Positions 1 to 10,631 of a stretch of 64,000 bases of DNA are shown here, in pieces. The notes beneath the pieces are model-generated. The model did not search any database. It was not told the origin of the DNA and saw nothing but the letters and a program-made list of their open reading frames with translations. The number at the start of each line of letters is the position of its first letter. The first letter of the stretch is position 1. The stretch comes from Acidimicrobiales bacterium (GTDB taxonomy: Bacteria; Actinomycetota; Actinomycetes; Mycobacteriales; QHCE01): contig QHCE01000043.1 in the NCBI GenBank assembly GCA_003243955.1, positions 5,475-69,474 on the forward strand, read 5' to 3'. The position numbers and the translations under genes were made by a program.

Positions 1-542
1 ACCACCATGTCCGATCGGGCTTCGAGGTCGCCTACTTTCACGTTCTCGATGACGGCTTCCGCATCGAAGGATGCACGACCGCCATCGAGAATGGCCAGAC
101 CTGGACTGTCGACTACGAAATCCAACTGGCTGCGACCTGGACGGCCCGCAGCGGACGGATCGTTGGCCGCTCGGTCTCTGGGTCGTATTCCACAACGCTC
201 GAAACAGACGGCGCGGGACAATGGCAGATCAATGGTGCACCCGCGCCCTACCTGGACGGCTGCTTCGATGTGGACCTGGAATCCTCGGCACTGACCAACG
301 CCCTGCCGGTGCGGCGAATGGGCCTGAGGGTCGGCGAACACTCTGCCGCCCCGGCAGCGTATGTGCGAGCTCTGGACCTCGCGGTCGAGCGGCTCGAGCA
401 GACTTACGTTCGCGGCAACGACCAAGACTCCCATCAGCGCTATAACTACATTGCTCCTGCTTTCGGGTTCACGTGCCAGCTGATCTACGACCATTCCGGC
501 CTCGTCCTCGACTACCCCGGAATCGCCGTTCGCGCCGGATGA
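1..542 (+). CDS. Glycolipid-binding domain protein (DUF1089-like), 5-prime end outside window
   Basis: Frame 3 is open from the window edge to TGA 540-542. The translation ..DYEIQLAATWTARSGRIVGRS..LESSALTNALPVRRMGL..LDYPGIAVRAG resembles the putative glycolipid-binding family. Confidence 0.5.
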   Translation, partial: HHVRSGFEVAYFHVLDDGFRIEGCTTAIENGQTWTVDYEIQLAATWTARSGRIVGRSVSGSYSTTLETDGAGQWQINGAPAPYLDGCFDVDLESSALTNALPVRRMGLRVGEHSAAPAAYVRALDLAVERLEQTYVRGNDQDSHQRYNYIAPAFGFTCQLIYDHSGLVLDYPGIAVRAG

Positions 543-801
543 CCCGCCCTGGATCCGTCCAACCCGCGTGGCGAGCAGCAGCTCCGCCCGCCCACTGATC
601 TCCTCGGTTCACAAGCGCAGCGTGGTCTGCACTGCGTAGGCCGCCACGACCAGGCCGGTGATGCCAAACACCGCGGCCAGGTACGAGTCTACGATTTCTC
701 GGCTGCCGCCCATTCGGGCCAGTAGGTCACGAAATCTGCTGATTGGTGTGGCCGACTGTTCCTGCAAACCCTGGCGTTGGTTGATGGGCAGTCGTGGCGG
801 G

Positions 802-1482
802 TCAACAGCAGTCGTCGCCGCGCCAGGATTGGATGCCTTCCCATACCGACCAGCCGGCGATTGCCAAGCCGACGGCCGGGTCGATCCACCAGCCGCTGGG
901 CCAAGCTGCAATGACCGCGAGCCCGGTCAGGACGGCGGCAGCTTGGGTGGCGCACAGGTAGTTCTGCACACCCTCACTTGCGGTGGCGCCGGAGCCCAGG
1001 CGAGCGCCGAGTCGTCGCTTCGAGAACCCGAGGACGGGCATGACGATAAGACTGGACGCGGCGATAGCCATGCCTAGCACGCTGACCACGGCCCGATGGG
1101 CGGTGACCAGGTCATGGACCGCTTGTACAGCCACGTACGGGGCAAGCAGCCAGAAGCTGACTGCGACCGCCTTCTGCGCGGTGTGTTCGGCGGTCTCGGA
1201 CAGGGTGCGCGCACCGGTGAAGCGCCACACGACAATGATGCTGGCCAGGCCCTCCACAACGCTGCCCAAGGCCCAGCCGATCAGGGCGATCGAGCCGGTT
1301 GCGGATCCTTGCCAGACACCGATGACACCTTCGATACCCATCCATACCAGCGAGAACCAGGCCAGGGCTCGGGCCCACCGGGTGGCCCGCAGCCAGCCCG
1401 CATCCGTGGCGACCGTGGCGCCACTGCTAGTGCAACAGTCCCCGACGCGCGCGGCGGCTGTGTTGCGGGTGGAGTCGGTCAC
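802..1482 (-). CDS. Cation-efflux-like membrane protein (CDF transmembrane domain only)
   Basis: Lies in ORF 802-1578. Multiple hydrophobic segments, SETAEHTAQKAVAVSFWLLAPYVAV core and C-terminal WRGDDCC typical of short actinobacterial cation transporters. Start placed at GTG 1482 after GGAG; the Arg-rich upstream extension is judged non-coding. Confidence 0.65.
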   Translation of the reverse strand: MTDSTRNTAAARVGDCCTSSGATVATDAGWLRATRWARALAWFSLVWMGIEGVIGVWQGSATGSIALIGWALGSVVEGLASIIVVWRFTGARTLSETAEHTAQKAVAVSFWLLAPYVAVQAVHDLVTAHRAVVSVLGMAIAASSLIVMPVLGFSKRRLGARLGSGATASEGVQNYLCATQAAAVLTGLAVIAAWPSGWWIDPAVGLAIAGWSVWEGIQSWRGDDCC

Positions 1483-1584
1483 GACGGTTACTCCTGTGGG
1501 CAGGGGTGGGTGCCGGTCTCGTGATGGGCTCGGCCGGAGACGACGGCTAACCGCACTCCACAGCCTCCACATCCGCACTCATGC

Positions 1585-1770
1585 TCAGATGACAATGTAA
1601 CGTGGGTGGGATGCCCGGACCAACCAGTACTGCCCACCAGTTGGTACAGGCAGGAAGGATTGGTGGAACACGGCGGGTTCCTCGGCGAGCTGTTCGACTA
1701 AGTCACCGCACCGGTTGTTTAATCGCCGGTCGATCAGGGGTGAGAGTCGGGCGGCGTGCTCATTAGGCAT
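1585..1770 (-). CDS. Hypothetical small protein (61 aa)
   Basis: ATG 1770 to TGA 1585, inside the longer ORF 1585-1986 whose 5-prime part is antisense to the next gene. No family recognised. Confidence 0.25.
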   Translation of the reverse strand: MPNEHAARLSPLIDRRLNNRCGDLVEQLAEEPAVFHQSFLPVPTGGQYWLVRASHPRYIVI

Positions 1771-1789
1771 ACGATGCGCAACTCGACGT

Positions 1790-1811
1790 CTAACCTTAAC
1801 TCTAGGGTTAG
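1790..1811. promoter_or_regulatory. Imperfect palindrome, candidate operator
   Basis: CTAACCTTA-ACTC-TAGGGTTAG, with 8 of 9 arm positions complementary. It lies 20 nt upstream of ATG 1770 and 45 nt upstream of the start at 1856. Confidence 0.3.
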
Positions 1812-1855
1812 AGAATGTGGTGAGATGCTCGTTGAAAACAGGATGAAGGCAGCCG

Positions 1856-2494
1856 ATGGAGCTCAAGGTCAAGCCGAGCTTAAGTGATCCAGAGCAGGTA
1901 GACTTTGAACGGTCACGCATAATCACGGTACCCAACGCGCTGAGTATGCTCAGAATCGCCGGAGTTCCGTTGTTCGTGTGGCTCATCGTGGGTCCTGCCG
2001 CCTACGAATGGGCCGCGGTTGTGCTTATGGTTAGTGGTTTCACTGATTGGTTAGACGGTTACCTTGCTCGTCGTCTGAGCCAAACCAGTCGGCTCGGGCA
2101 GTTCCTTGATCCGCTCGCTGATCGGCTCTACATTTTCGCGTCGCTGGTGGCGCTGCTTGTCTCTTCGATCACGCCAATTTGGTTGGTGGCCGCGATTGTG
2201 GTTAGAGATGTGTTGCTGCTATGCACAGGACCAATTTTGTTCCGCCGGGGGTACCGATCGCTAGCTGTGAACTTCGTGGGAAAAGCCGGGACGATGGGGC
2301 TACTCATCGCAATACCGATGCTGCTGTTAGGCGCATCGCAGGTACCGTTACATGCGGCGATAGCAATTGCCGCCTGGGCCTTCGCGCTGTGGGGAGTGGC
2401 GCTGTACTGGGTGGCTGCGGCACTGTACTTCACGCAACTACTTCAAATTATGCGCGGCACGCTTCCGTCAGCCTTGGGCTCATCAAACGGATAG
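1856..2494 (+). CDS. CDP-alcohol phosphatidyltransferase (PgsA2/cardiolipin synthase-like)
   Basis: DWLDGYLARRLSQTSRLGQFLDPLAD matches D-x2-DG-x2-AR-x8-G-x3-D-x3-D. Same position as Rv1822 relative to gcvH. Confidence 0.85.
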   Translation: MELKVKPSLSDPEQVDFERSRIITVPNALSMLRIAGVPLFVWLIVGPAAYEWAAVVLMVSGFTDWLDGYLARRLSQTSRLGQFLDPLADRLYIFASLVALLVSSITPIWLVAAIVVRDVLLLCTGPILFRRGYRSLAVNFVGKAGTMGLLIAIPMLLLGASQVPLHAAIAIAAWAFALWGVALYWVAAALYFTQLLQIMRGTLPSALGSSNG

Positions 2495-2538
2495 CAAAAG
2501 ACACCTGACCAGCTCTGATCCACGGCAAAGGAAAACCT

Positions 2539-2955
2539 ATGGCACACACCTTCGCAACTCCACAGGAGCTGCGCTACACCCCAGAACATGAATGGGTAGC
2601 CCCCCCGAAAGACCTAGGAGAGAACAAAACGCTCCGGATCGGAATAACCGACTTCGCACAAGATGCGCTCGGTGACGTCGTGTACACCAATCTCAGTCCG
2701 GTCGGCACAAAGGTGATCGCCGGCGAGCCTCTAGGGGAGATTGAATCCACCAAAAGTGTCTCTGACATATATTCCCCGCTCAGCGGCGTTGTCACCAACC
2801 TAAACCCTGCGCTACAAGATCAGCCTGAACTGATAAACCGTGAACCTTACGGTGAGGGTTGGCTGCTTGAACTGCGCGTGGAAGAGCTGGCTGGTATGGA
2901 CGCGCTGCTGGATTCCACGGAGTATGGCAAGCTAACAAGTAACCAAGCTCAGTAA
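2539..2955 (+). CDS. gcvH: Glycine cleavage system protein H
   Basis: 138 aa with lipoyl-lysine motif ESTKSVSDIYSPLSG and AAGGA upstream of the ATG. Confidence 0.95.
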   Translation: MAHTFATPQELRYTPEHEWVAPPKDLGENKTLRIGITDFAQDALGDVVYTNLSPVGTKVIAGEPLGEIESTKSVSDIYSPLSGVVTNLNPALQDQPELINREPYGEGWLLELRVEELAGMDALLDSTEYGKLTSNQAQ

Positions 2956-2976
2956 CGACAAGTGAGGCGTTTCACT

Positions 2977-3450
2977 ATGGCCAGCAGCTCCGACCGCTCT
3001 CAGGAGCGGGACGCACCCCAGCTCGACACCACCTCCACTATGATGCTCGGTGCAATAGAGGAACTGGATTCCGACAGCGCTGCCGGCACGGAGAATGCTC
3101 AACACGCTGCGAGTCTGCCAGCTAATGCCGCGTTGCTTATTGTGCGTCGTGGACCTAACGCAGGCAGCCGCTTTCTGCTAGATAACGAGCTGACGAATGC
3201 GGGGCGGCACCCCGATAGCGATATTTTTCTCGATGATGTCACTGTTTCCCGCCGACATGCCGAGTTTCAACGTGAAAACTCAGTGTTTACCGTACGAGAC
3301 CTTGGCAGTTTAAATGGGACATACGTTAATCGCGAGCGGGTTGAGTCAGCAACATTGGCCAGTGGAGATGAAGTTCAGATCGGCAAGTTCCGACTGAGCT
3401 TCCTGCTCAGTGCGGCCGCTGGGCGTGGCAGCCGTTCTGTGACGCGTTAA
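2977..3450 (+). CDS. garA: FHA-domain regulator GarA/OdhI
   Basis: C-terminal FHA domain (GRHPDSDIFLDDVTVSRRHAEF..VRDLGSLNGTYVN) and an N-terminal TTST phospho-threonine motif. ATG 2977 is preceded by GAGG. Confidence 0.9.
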   Translation: MASSSDRSQERDAPQLDTTSTMMLGAIEELDSDSAAGTENAQHAASLPANAALLIVRRGPNAGSRFLLDNELTNAGRHPDSDIFLDDVTVSRRHAEFQRENSVFTVRDLGSLNGTYVNRERVESATLASGDEVQIGKFRLSFLLSAAAGRGSRSVTR

Positions 3451-3490
3451 TCCGGTTCGAGATGAGTACTACAAGAATGAACACGCCAGA

Positions 3491-4297
3491 GTGAACACCG
3501 AACGCGCAGCGGTGCCTTCGTGCTCCAGCATTGGTGAGGTACTCGCTGAGTTGCGCACCGATTTTCCGGATACCACGATCTCCAAGCTACGTTTCTTGGA
3601 GTCTGAGGGTCTGGTTGAGCCTGAGCGCACCGCCGCCGGCTACCGTAAATACTCTGACCAAGACATAGCACGACTGCGATATGTGTTAACGGCGCAGCGG
3701 GACCATTACTTGCCGTTGAAAGTCATTCGTGACCATTTAACCTCCATAGACCAAGGCGTGCTGCCGCGTGTGCAAACCACCCCATCTGGCAGTGAAACCG
3801 CTATCCCGCGAATTCTGCGAGCATTAGAGCCGCTCGCAGAGCTAAACCGACCGGATGAACCAGAGGTAATGCATCCGCAGGCAGCATCTAACCCCGAGGA
3901 GAGCCAGTCAGGTTTATTCACTCGTGAGCAGCTGGTGGTCCTTGCCGGAGTCGATGAGGAGTTGCTCGGGCTCCTAGAGCAGTTCGGCCTCATTGCCGCC
4001 GACCGTGACGGCGGCTTTGCCGAGCACGATGTCGAAATTGCGCAGGCAGCGGTAGGGTTGGCGGGCTACGGCATTGAACCTCGGCATTTGCGGGCGTTCC
4101 GTGGCGCCGCTGACCGAGAAGTCGGTTTATTCAAACAGGTCATTGCACCGTTGGTACGTCGAAGCAAACGACGAGACCTATCCCAAGTTGCCGAAGGTGA
4201 CGGCGACCTGGCACGCAGTACAGCCACTCAGCTGTGTGCGCTCTCAGTGCAGCTGCATGCCGCACTGACGCGCTCGGCGCTCCGCCGAATCCTCTAA
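3491..4297 (+). CDS. MerR-family regulator (Rv1828/FtsR-like)
   Basis: N-terminal MerR HTH SIGEVLAEL..TISKLRFLESEGLVEPERTAAGYRKYS. Conserved position after garA. Confidence 0.8.
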   Translation: MNTERAAVPSCSSIGEVLAELRTDFPDTTISKLRFLESEGLVEPERTAAGYRKYSDQDIARLRYVLTAQRDHYLPLKVIRDHLTSIDQGVLPRVQTTPSGSETAIPRILRALEPLAELNRPDEPEVMHPQAASNPEESQSGLFTREQLVVLAGVDEELLGLLEQFGLIAADRDGGFAEHDVEIAQAAVGLAGYGIEPRHLRAFRGAADREVGLFKQVIAPLVRRSKRRDLSQVAEGDGDLARSTATQLCALSVQLHAALTRSALRRIL

Positions 4298-4467
4298 CGG
4301 ACGAGGGGCTCGTCGGAAGCAGGTGTTGCGGTGTGGGGTTCCTCCTAGCCCAGTGTAGGTTCGGAACAGACACAAGGGACTCGGCTAGATGTACGTGCAC
4401 TAGATAAAAGTCCTACGTGCATACGACATAGCTGGTGTTTCAGGGCCTCTCAACAGCTGGAGCGGGA

Positions 4468-4968
4468 GTGAAAGAGCTCAACGTGGTGGGCGTTAGGGTC
4501 GAGCTGCCCTCTAATCAGCCCATTGTTTTGCTGAAGGAGGTCGATGGCGAACGCTACCTACCGATCTGGATTGGACCAGCCGAGGCCACAGCTATAGCGC
4601 TTGTTTGTGACCCCCCGGATCATCCCGCGGCGCGACCGTTGACGCACGATTTGTTCACCGACGTACTCAAAAAACTAGATGCGCCGCTGCGCAAGGTAGA
4701 AATTACTGAACTCACTGAGAACGTGTTTTATGCTGACCTGTTACTGGGTGAGGGGAAGCTTCGTATCAGCGCTCGGCCATCAGATGCCATCGCGCTCGCA
4801 CTACGCGCTGACGCGGAGATTTTCTGCTCTGAAGAAGTGCTCAAACTAGCTGGAATCCTCATTCCTGAAGATCAGAAGGACGACCAGGAAATCGAGGTGG
4901 AGCGGTTCCGCGAATTTCTGGATAATATTTCCCCCGAAGACTTCGCCGGACCGAACGCTACTTCGTAA
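4468..4968 (+). CDS. Bifunctional nuclease family protein (DUF151, Rv1829-like)
   Basis: VVGVRVELPSNQPIVLLKE..RYLPIWIGPAEATAIA..SARPSDAIALALR is colinear with Rv1829-type proteins. GTG 4468 follows GGAG. Confidence 0.8.
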   Translation: MKELNVVGVRVELPSNQPIVLLKEVDGERYLPIWIGPAEATAIALVCDPPDHPAARPLTHDLFTDVLKKLDAPLRKVEITELTENVFYADLLLGEGKLRISARPSDAIALALRADAEIFCSEEVLKLAGILIPEDQKDDQEIEVERFREFLDNISPEDFAGPNATS

Positions 4969-5283
4969 CAATGTAAGCACCCATCCTGGTTTGACTACAA
5001 TTTGCTCATGATATCGATTACGACTTCCTGCCATAATTACTGAACATGGCAAGGGCTATATGTGCCGCTAACGGCCAAAATAACTCCGACAGGTTGTGGC
5101 GGTGGGGACGAATGAGTGATGAAAAAGCGCCGGCTTTGCCAGACACGCCGAGCCAACAAGTTTGACCAGCGGGCAACCTACGAATACCGTCAATCAGGCT
5201 CGTCACTGATAGCAAGGAACGTCCGCTCTGGGCAGTCTCAGCGTTAGTTCGACGTAGCGCGAAACGCGAAAGGTCGTCAACAC

Positions 5284-5811
5284 GTGAGCGAGCACCAACA
5301 GCACAACTCTCCGCTCGGGTATCGAGGCCCTACGGCTTGTTCAGCAGCTGGCATCACGTACCGGCAGCTCGACTACTGGGCGCGCACCAAGCTCGTTGAG
5401 CCTAGTGTGCGGGACGCGCGAGGATCAGGCTCGCAACGGTTGTACGCATTTCGTGACATTTTAGTACTTAAGGTTGTTAAACGCCTCTTGGACGCTGGAG
5501 TTTCGCTGCAAAATATTCGGACCGCGGTCAATCAATTGCATGCCCGTGGAGTTGAAGACTTATCGCACATCACGCTACTTTCCGATGGCACTACGGTGTA
5601 TGAATGTACATCGCCGGAGGAAGTTGTTGACCTGCTGCAGGGCGGCCAGGGTGTATTTGGCATTGCGCTTGGCGGCGCATATCGCGAGGTCGAGGGCAGT
5701 TTGGCGCAGTTACCGGGAGAACGCGTTGATGGCGCCCCGCAACAGTCAGTCCCCAGTCAGGTTGGACTTACTGATGAACTGGCGGCGCGCCGGGCACTTC
5801 GCGCCAGCTAA
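5284..5811 (+). CDS. MerR-family regulator (Rv1830-like)
   Basis: GITYRQLDYWARTKLVEPS..GSGSQRLYAFRDILVLKVVKRLLDAGVSLQNIR. Confidence 0.8.
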   Translation: MSEHQQHNSPLGYRGPTACSAAGITYRQLDYWARTKLVEPSVRDARGSGSQRLYAFRDILVLKVVKRLLDAGVSLQNIRTAVNQLHARGVEDLSHITLLSDGTTVYECTSPEEVVDLLQGGQGVFGIALGGAYREVEGSLAQLPGERVDGAPQQSVPSQVGLTDELAARRALRAS

Positions 5812-5892
5812 AGCTCATAAGGCCTGGGGTGCGCCAGCGTTAATGGGCCCCTGTCCGTACAGCCCAGAAACACCGGACGGCATACTGCAACG

Positions 5893-8784
5893 GTGACCAC
5901 TTTCATGCCGTTGGAGAGCTCATTCGCAGACCGTCATATCGGCCCTAGCCCAGCCGATCTAGCCCACATGCTGCGCACCGTTGGTTATGACTCGCTATCG
6001 GAGCTGATGGTCGCTGCTTTGCCGCCAGCAATCATTGAGTTAGGTTCTAGTGAGGCTGCTGGACTACCCGAACCAGTCACCGAGTCGGCCATGCTAGACG
6101 AGCTGCGTCACATTGCGAACCGTAACCGGGTTACGGTGCCGATGCTCGGCCTGGGGTACTACGGAACGCACACGCCAGCGGTGATTGCACGCAACGTTAT
6201 TGAAAACCCCGCGTGGTACACGGCCTATACGCCATATCAACCAGAAATCTCACAGGGACGACTGGAAGCCCTGCTGAACTTTCAAACCATGATTTCACAG
6301 CTCACCGGTGTCGCGGTTGCGGGCGCGAGCATGCTGGATGAGGCCAGCGCAGCAGCCGAAGCCATGACTTTAGCTAGGCGAGCCACACGTGCGGCAGACT
6401 CAGCGGCTTTCGTAGTGGACTCGGATGTGCTGCCGCAAACCATCGCGGTGCTACGAACCCGTGCTGAACCGCTGGATATTCCCATCATCGTGGCTGATCT
6501 GCGTAACGGCCTACCGGCCGGAGAAATTTTCGGTGTGCTCATGCAATACCCCGGCGCCTGTGGCCGAGTTGATGACCACACGGCGATAGTGTCGGCAGCA
6601 CATGAACGCGATGCGCTGTGCATCGTAGCCGCGGACTTGTTGTCGCTGGCGCTGCTGCGACCGCCGGGCGAGATAGGCGCGGACATAGTGGTCGGCTCCG
6701 CACAGCGATTCGGTGTGCCACTGGGGTTCGGCGGACCCCACGCGGGTTATCTTGCCGTGCGGGAGTCGCTGACGCGATTCTTGCCGGGCCGCCTGGTTGG
6801 AGTGTCTCGAGACGCTGCCGGTGAGCCCGCGTACCGGTTGGCATTGCAGACTCGTGAGCAGCACATCAGACGCGAAAAAGCCACCAGCAACATTTGCACT
6901 GCTCAGGTTCTCCTGGCTGTGGTAGCCGGAATGTATGCGGTGTGGCATGGCCCTGAGGGGCTAAGGGCCATCGCGCGGCGCACCCACCAGCACGCTCTGA
7001 CGCTTGCAGTTGGTCTGCGCGTCGGCGAGGTCACAGTAGAGAATGAGTGTTTTTTCGACACTGTGTCGACTCATGTGCCGTCACGGGCAGCACTGGTCGT
7101 GGCCGAGGCCGATCGGCTAGGGATCACCCTCCGATTAATTGACGCTGATCATGTGGGAATCGCCTGTGATGAGACAACGACGTTGGAACACTTGCATGCG
7201 GTGTGGCAGGCCTTCGACGTGACTGCGGTTGATCTGGTCGCACTCGATACCAGCCCATTGTTGGAAGCATTCGATCGCGGCAGTGCGCCGTTGACACATC
7301 CCGTTTTTCAGACATACCGCTCTGAGACTGCGCTTATGCGATATTTGCGGCGGCTCAGCGACTCCGACTACGCACTCGACCGCGGCATGATTCCGCTGGG
7401 CTCATGCACGATGAAGCTCAATGCTGCCGCCGAGCTAGCCCCGATCAGCTGGCCTTCTTTCGCCGCGATTCACCCCTTTGCTCCGACCGAGCACACGGCC
7501 GGCTATGCCCAGTTGATCGGTGAACTGGAGCAGTGGTTAGCGGTGCTCACCGGGTATGACGCAGTGAGCGTGCAGCCCAATGCAGGCTCACAGGGTGAGC
7601 TTGCGGGTTTGCTTGCTATCCGGGCCTACCATCGTTCTACGACACCATCGCATGAGCCGCCGCGTGATGTGTGCTTGATCCCGGCATCGGCACACGGCAC
7701 AAACGCGGCGTCGGCGGTGATGGCCGGCATGCGAGTGGTGGTGGTGGCCTGCGATTCCAAGGGAAATGTGGATCGAGCTGACCTTGCGGTCAAACTCGCT
7801 GAGCACGGCCAGGCGTTAGCGGCGCTGATGGTCACCTATCCGTCTACTCACGGTGTCTACGAAGACTCGATCGACAGCATCTGCGAATCCGTGCACCAAG
7901 CCGGCGGGCAGGTCTATGTGGATGGCGCAAACCTTAACGCGTTACTCGGATACGCCCGACCGGGACGCTTTGGCGCCGATGTCAGCCACCTGAATCTGCA
8001 CAAGACGTTCTGCATACCGCACGGCGGTGGTGGCCCAGGTGTGGGACCGGTGGCCGTACGATCGCATCTAGCGCGGTATTTACCTGGCCATCCCCTCCAG
8101 CCACAAGACCCAGCCTTTGGGGGCGCAGGCCCAGTAACAGCCGCACCCTGGGGTTCAGCCGGGATTCTTCCCATCGCCTGGGCATACATCCGCATGATGG
8201 GGGCAGCGGGTCTGGCGGCGGCTACCGGCACAGCAGTGCTAGCGGCGAACTATGTTGCATGTCGCCTCAAAGAACACTACCCGGTGCTTTACACGGGGCG
8301 AAACGGTTTGGTCGCTCACGAGTGCATTTTGGATCTACGCCCGCTCACTCAATCTGTCGGGGTAACAGCCGAGGACGTGGCAAAGCGGCTCATCGACTAC
8401 GGTTTCCACGCTCCCACCATGTCGTTTCCGGTACCCGGCACGCTGATGGTGGAACCCACTGAATCCGAAGATTTGACTGAGCTCGATCGTTTTATTGCCG
8501 CAATGATCGCGATTCGCGCTGAAGCTGACCGGATTGCGGCAGGGGAGTGGTCGCTGGAGCAGAGCCCGCTGCGCAACGCTCCCCATACCGCGGCGATGCT
8601 TACCGGGCCATGGCCCTATCACTACGAACGGCAAACTGCAGTGTTTCCGCTCCCCAATGTGACCGGCGGTCAACCGAGCGCTCGGGCAGCCAAATACTGG
8701 CCGCCAGTCAGACGGATCGATAACGCCTATGGGGACCGGAATTTGGCCTGTTCGTGTCCTCCCGTCGCCGAACTCGGGGCATAG
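5893..8784 (+). CDS. gcvP: Glycine dehydrogenase (decarboxylating), P protein
   Basis: 963 aa, full length. PLP-lysine region [19 protein letters not shown]. Confidence 0.97.
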   Translation: MTTFMPLESSFADRHIGPSPADLAHMLRTVGYDSLSELMVAALPPAIIELGSSEAAGLPEPVTESAMLDELRHIANRNRVTVPMLGLGYYGTHTPAVIARNVIENPAWYTAYTPYQPEISQGRLEALLNFQTMISQLTGVAVAGASMLDEASAAAEAMTLARRATRAADSAAFVVDSDVLPQTIAVLRTRAEPLDIPIIVADLRNGLPAGEIFGVLMQYPGACGRVDDHTAIVSAAHERDALCIVAADLLSLALLRPPGEIGADIVVGSAQRFGVPLGFGGPHAGYLAVRESLTRFLPGRLVGVSRDAAGEPAYRLALQTREQHIRREKATSNICTAQVLLAVVAGMYAVWHGPEGLRAIARRTHQHALTLAVGLRVGEVTVENECFFDTVSTHVPSRAALVVAEADRLGITLRLIDADHVGIACDETTTLEHLHAVWQAFDVTAVDLVALDTSPLLEAFDRGSAPLTHPVFQTYRSETALMRYLRRLSDSDYALDRGMIPLGSCTMKLNAAAELAPISWPSFAAIHPFAPTEHTAGYAQLIGELEQWLAVLTGYDAVSVQPNAGSQGELAGLLAIRAYHRSTTPSHEPPRDVCLIPASAHGTNAASAVMAGMRVVVVACDSKGNVDRADLAVKLAEHGQALAALMVTYPSTHGVYEDSIDSICESVHQAGGQVYVDGANLNALLGYARPGRFGADVSHLNLHKTFCIPHGGGGPGVGPVAVRSHLARYLPGHPLQPQDPAFGGAGPVTAAPWGSAGILPIAWAYIRMMGAAGLAAATGTAVLAANYVACRLKEHYPVLYTGRNGLVAHECILDLRPLTQSVGVTAEDVAKRLIDYGFHAPTMSFPVPGTLMVEPTESEDLTELDRFIAAMIAIRAEADRIAAGEWSLEQSPLRNAPHTAAMLTGPWPYHYERQTAVFPLPNVTGGQPSARAAKYWPPVRRIDNAYGDRNLACSCPPVAELGA

Positions 8785-8880
8785 CAGTCTTGCCAAGTTA
8801 GGAGAACTTGTGGCAAAAATTTTTATCGCGCCACATCTTTAGGGTTCCATCTCTCACTCCATGCCCTATGCTCTTCGAGC

Positions 8881-9666
8881 ATGATGGACAGCGCCCCCGC
8901 AGTTAAAGCTGTTGCCGCCAATGGGAATGACGCCCCGCTCGTTGAGCTCAAAAATGTCAACAAGTATTTCGGCTCGGTGCACGTCCTCAAGGACATTGAC
9001 CTAGTCGTGCGCCGAGGCGAGGTCGTGGTGGTTATTGGCCCCTCCGGCGGCGGAAAGTCGACCTTGTGTCGCACGATCAACCGGCTAGAGTCCATCGATG
9101 AGGGAACGATCCTCATTGATGGGCAACCGTTGCCTATCGAGGGAAAGGCCCTGGCCAGACTCCGTTCTGAAGTCGGCATGGTGTTCCAGTCGTTTAATCT
9201 TTTCGCTCACAAGACAATTCTTCAAAACGTCACGCTGGGTCCGACTAAAGTACTCAAACTTTCCAAGGCGCAAGCCAAGGAAGAGGCTATGAGACTGCTG
9301 GAACGCGTGGGTATTGCTCATCAGGCGGAGAAGTATCCTGCCCAACTCTCGGGTGGCCAGCAGCAGCGCGTGGCTATCGCTCGAGCGCTTGCTATGCACC
9401 CCAAAGTAATGCTTTTCGACGAGCCAACCTCAGCACTGGATCCGGAAATGATCAAAGAAGTACTCGACGTCATGACAGACCTAGCCCGCGAGGGCATGAC
9501 CATGGTTGTGGTGACGCATGAGATGGGGTTCGCGCGTAACGCGGCAAACAGAATCGTCTTCATAGCCGACGGCCAGATCGTAGAGGAGAACACGCCGGAA
9601 GAGTTCTTTACCAATGCGCAGAGTGAACGTGCGAAGGATTTTCTTTCCAAAATCTTGGTCCATTAA
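8881..9666 (+). CDS. gluA: Glutamate/polar amino-acid ABC transporter ATP-binding protein
   Basis: Walker [10 protein letters not shown], signature [15 protein letters not shown], Walker [12 protein letters not shown]. Confidence 0.9.
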   Translation: MMDSAPAVKAVAANGNDAPLVELKNVNKYFGSVHVLKDIDLVVRRGEVVVVIGPSGGGKSTLCRTINRLESIDEGTILIDGQPLPIEGKALARLRSEVGMVFQSFNLFAHKTILQNVTLGPTKVLKLSKAQAKEEAMRLLERVGIAHQAEKYPAQLSGGQQQRVAIARALAMHPKVMLFDEPTSALDPEMIKEVLDVMTDLAREGMTMVVVTHEMGFARNAANRIVFIADGQIVEENTPEEFFTNAQSERAKDFLSKILVH

Positions 9667-9711
9667 TCCTCGAATTTCCTGATTCTTCAGAAGAAAGTAT
9701 AGGTAACGGGC

Positions 9712-10566
9712 GTGCGAAAAGGTCGATATGGCGCGGCGCTGGCCGCTTTAGCTGCAGTGGCTGTGTTACTCACGGCGTGTAGTACCAAAAAAGACTCAAG
9801 TGTGGTCGAAAGGGCCAAGGAGAACAACAAGCTCACCATCGGGGTGAAGTTTGATCAACCAGGGATTGGATTGAAAAAACCCGATGGCAGCGTAGAAGGC
9901 TTCGACATAGACGTCGCAACGTACATCGCTAAACAGCTTGGTGTCGATGCCAAGAACATCGCGTGGAAGGAAACCCGGTCGGTCAACCGCGAATCATTCC
10001 TCCAAAATGGCAACGTTGACCTGGCGGTGGCAAGCTACACGATTAACCCGAACCGGAAGAAGAAGGTCGGCTTCGCTGGACCGTACTACATTGCCCATCA
10101 GGACATTATGGTTCGCTCGAACGACAACTCAATCCAGTCGTTTGCGGATCTCAAAGGTAAACGGCTATGCCAGGTGGCCGGTTCCAATTCCTGGGAGAAC
10201 ATCACCCGAGGCACGAATAAGCTGAACCAGAAGCAAGACGTCGTTCTCTTTCCGGCTAATAGCTATGACGAGTGCATGACAAAACTCAGAGGTAAAAGCG
10301 TGGATGTGGTCTCCACCGACGACGTCATTCTTGCGGGTTTCGCGGCTCGAGATCCACAGAATTTCAAGGTTGTCGGCGCACCCTTTACGGATGAGAAGTA
10401 CGGCGTCGGCATGAAGAAGGGCGACAAGAAGTCCTGTGAGGCCGTCAACATGGCCATAAAGAAAATGTATGAAGACGGCTCGGCTCAACGCTTTCTGGAA
10501 AAGAACTTTGGGGCCGCAAAGTTCAAATATGCGGACACTCTGCCTGCCTTTGAGCCGTGTAGCTGA
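9712..10566 (+). CDS. gluB: Glutamate ABC transporter substrate-binding lipoprotein
   Basis: Lipobox LLTACST. Family-3 solute-binding fold signature (KLTIGVKFDQPG..). Confidence 0.85.
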   Translation: MRKGRYGAALAALAAVAVLLTACSTKKDSSVVERAKENNKLTIGVKFDQPGIGLKKPDGSVEGFDIDVATYIAKQLGVDAKNIAWKETRSVNRESFLQNGNVDLAVASYTINPNRKKKVGFAGPYYIAHQDIMVRSNDNSIQSFADLKGKRLCQVAGSNSWENITRGTNKLNQKQDVVLFPANSYDECMTKLRGKSVDVVSTDDVILAGFAARDPQNFKVVGAPFTDEKYGVGMKKGDKKSCEAVNMAIKKMYEDGSAQRFLEKNFGAAKFKYADTLPAFEPCS

Positions 10567-10631
10567 TTTCGTGCGGCGTGTGGTGCTGGTGAGTTCCGTT
10601 AGGTCTCACCAGCACCCATCCAACCGGTGGG

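Noticed and set aside
4426-4438. The 13-nt string ACATAGCTGGTGT also occurs at 15689-15701, in both cases just upstream of a gene start.
   Set aside because: Dozens of 13-nt coincidences are expected by chance among all position pairs in a 64-kb window, and there is no extended similarity around the match.
5812-5892. Possible glycine riboswitch in the 81-nt leader of gcvP (CCCAGAAACACCGGACGG loosely resembles the CTCAGGCAAAAGGAC end of the aptamer).
   Set aside because: The GGAGAG and CACCGAAGGGGCAA-type core elements are not present, and the gap is too short for even one full aptamer plus an expression platform. An Infernal scan with the glycine model would settle it.
6282-8796. Numerous 60-150-aa ORFs antisense to or out of frame with gcvP. 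The same occurs inside other long genes: 21615-23142, 29165-30049, 49608-50757 and 52293-54996.
   Set aside because: These are typical stop-poor alternative frames of GC-rich coding sequence. Their translations are Arg/Pro/Ala-rich with no motifs, and each is fully contained in a well-supported gene.
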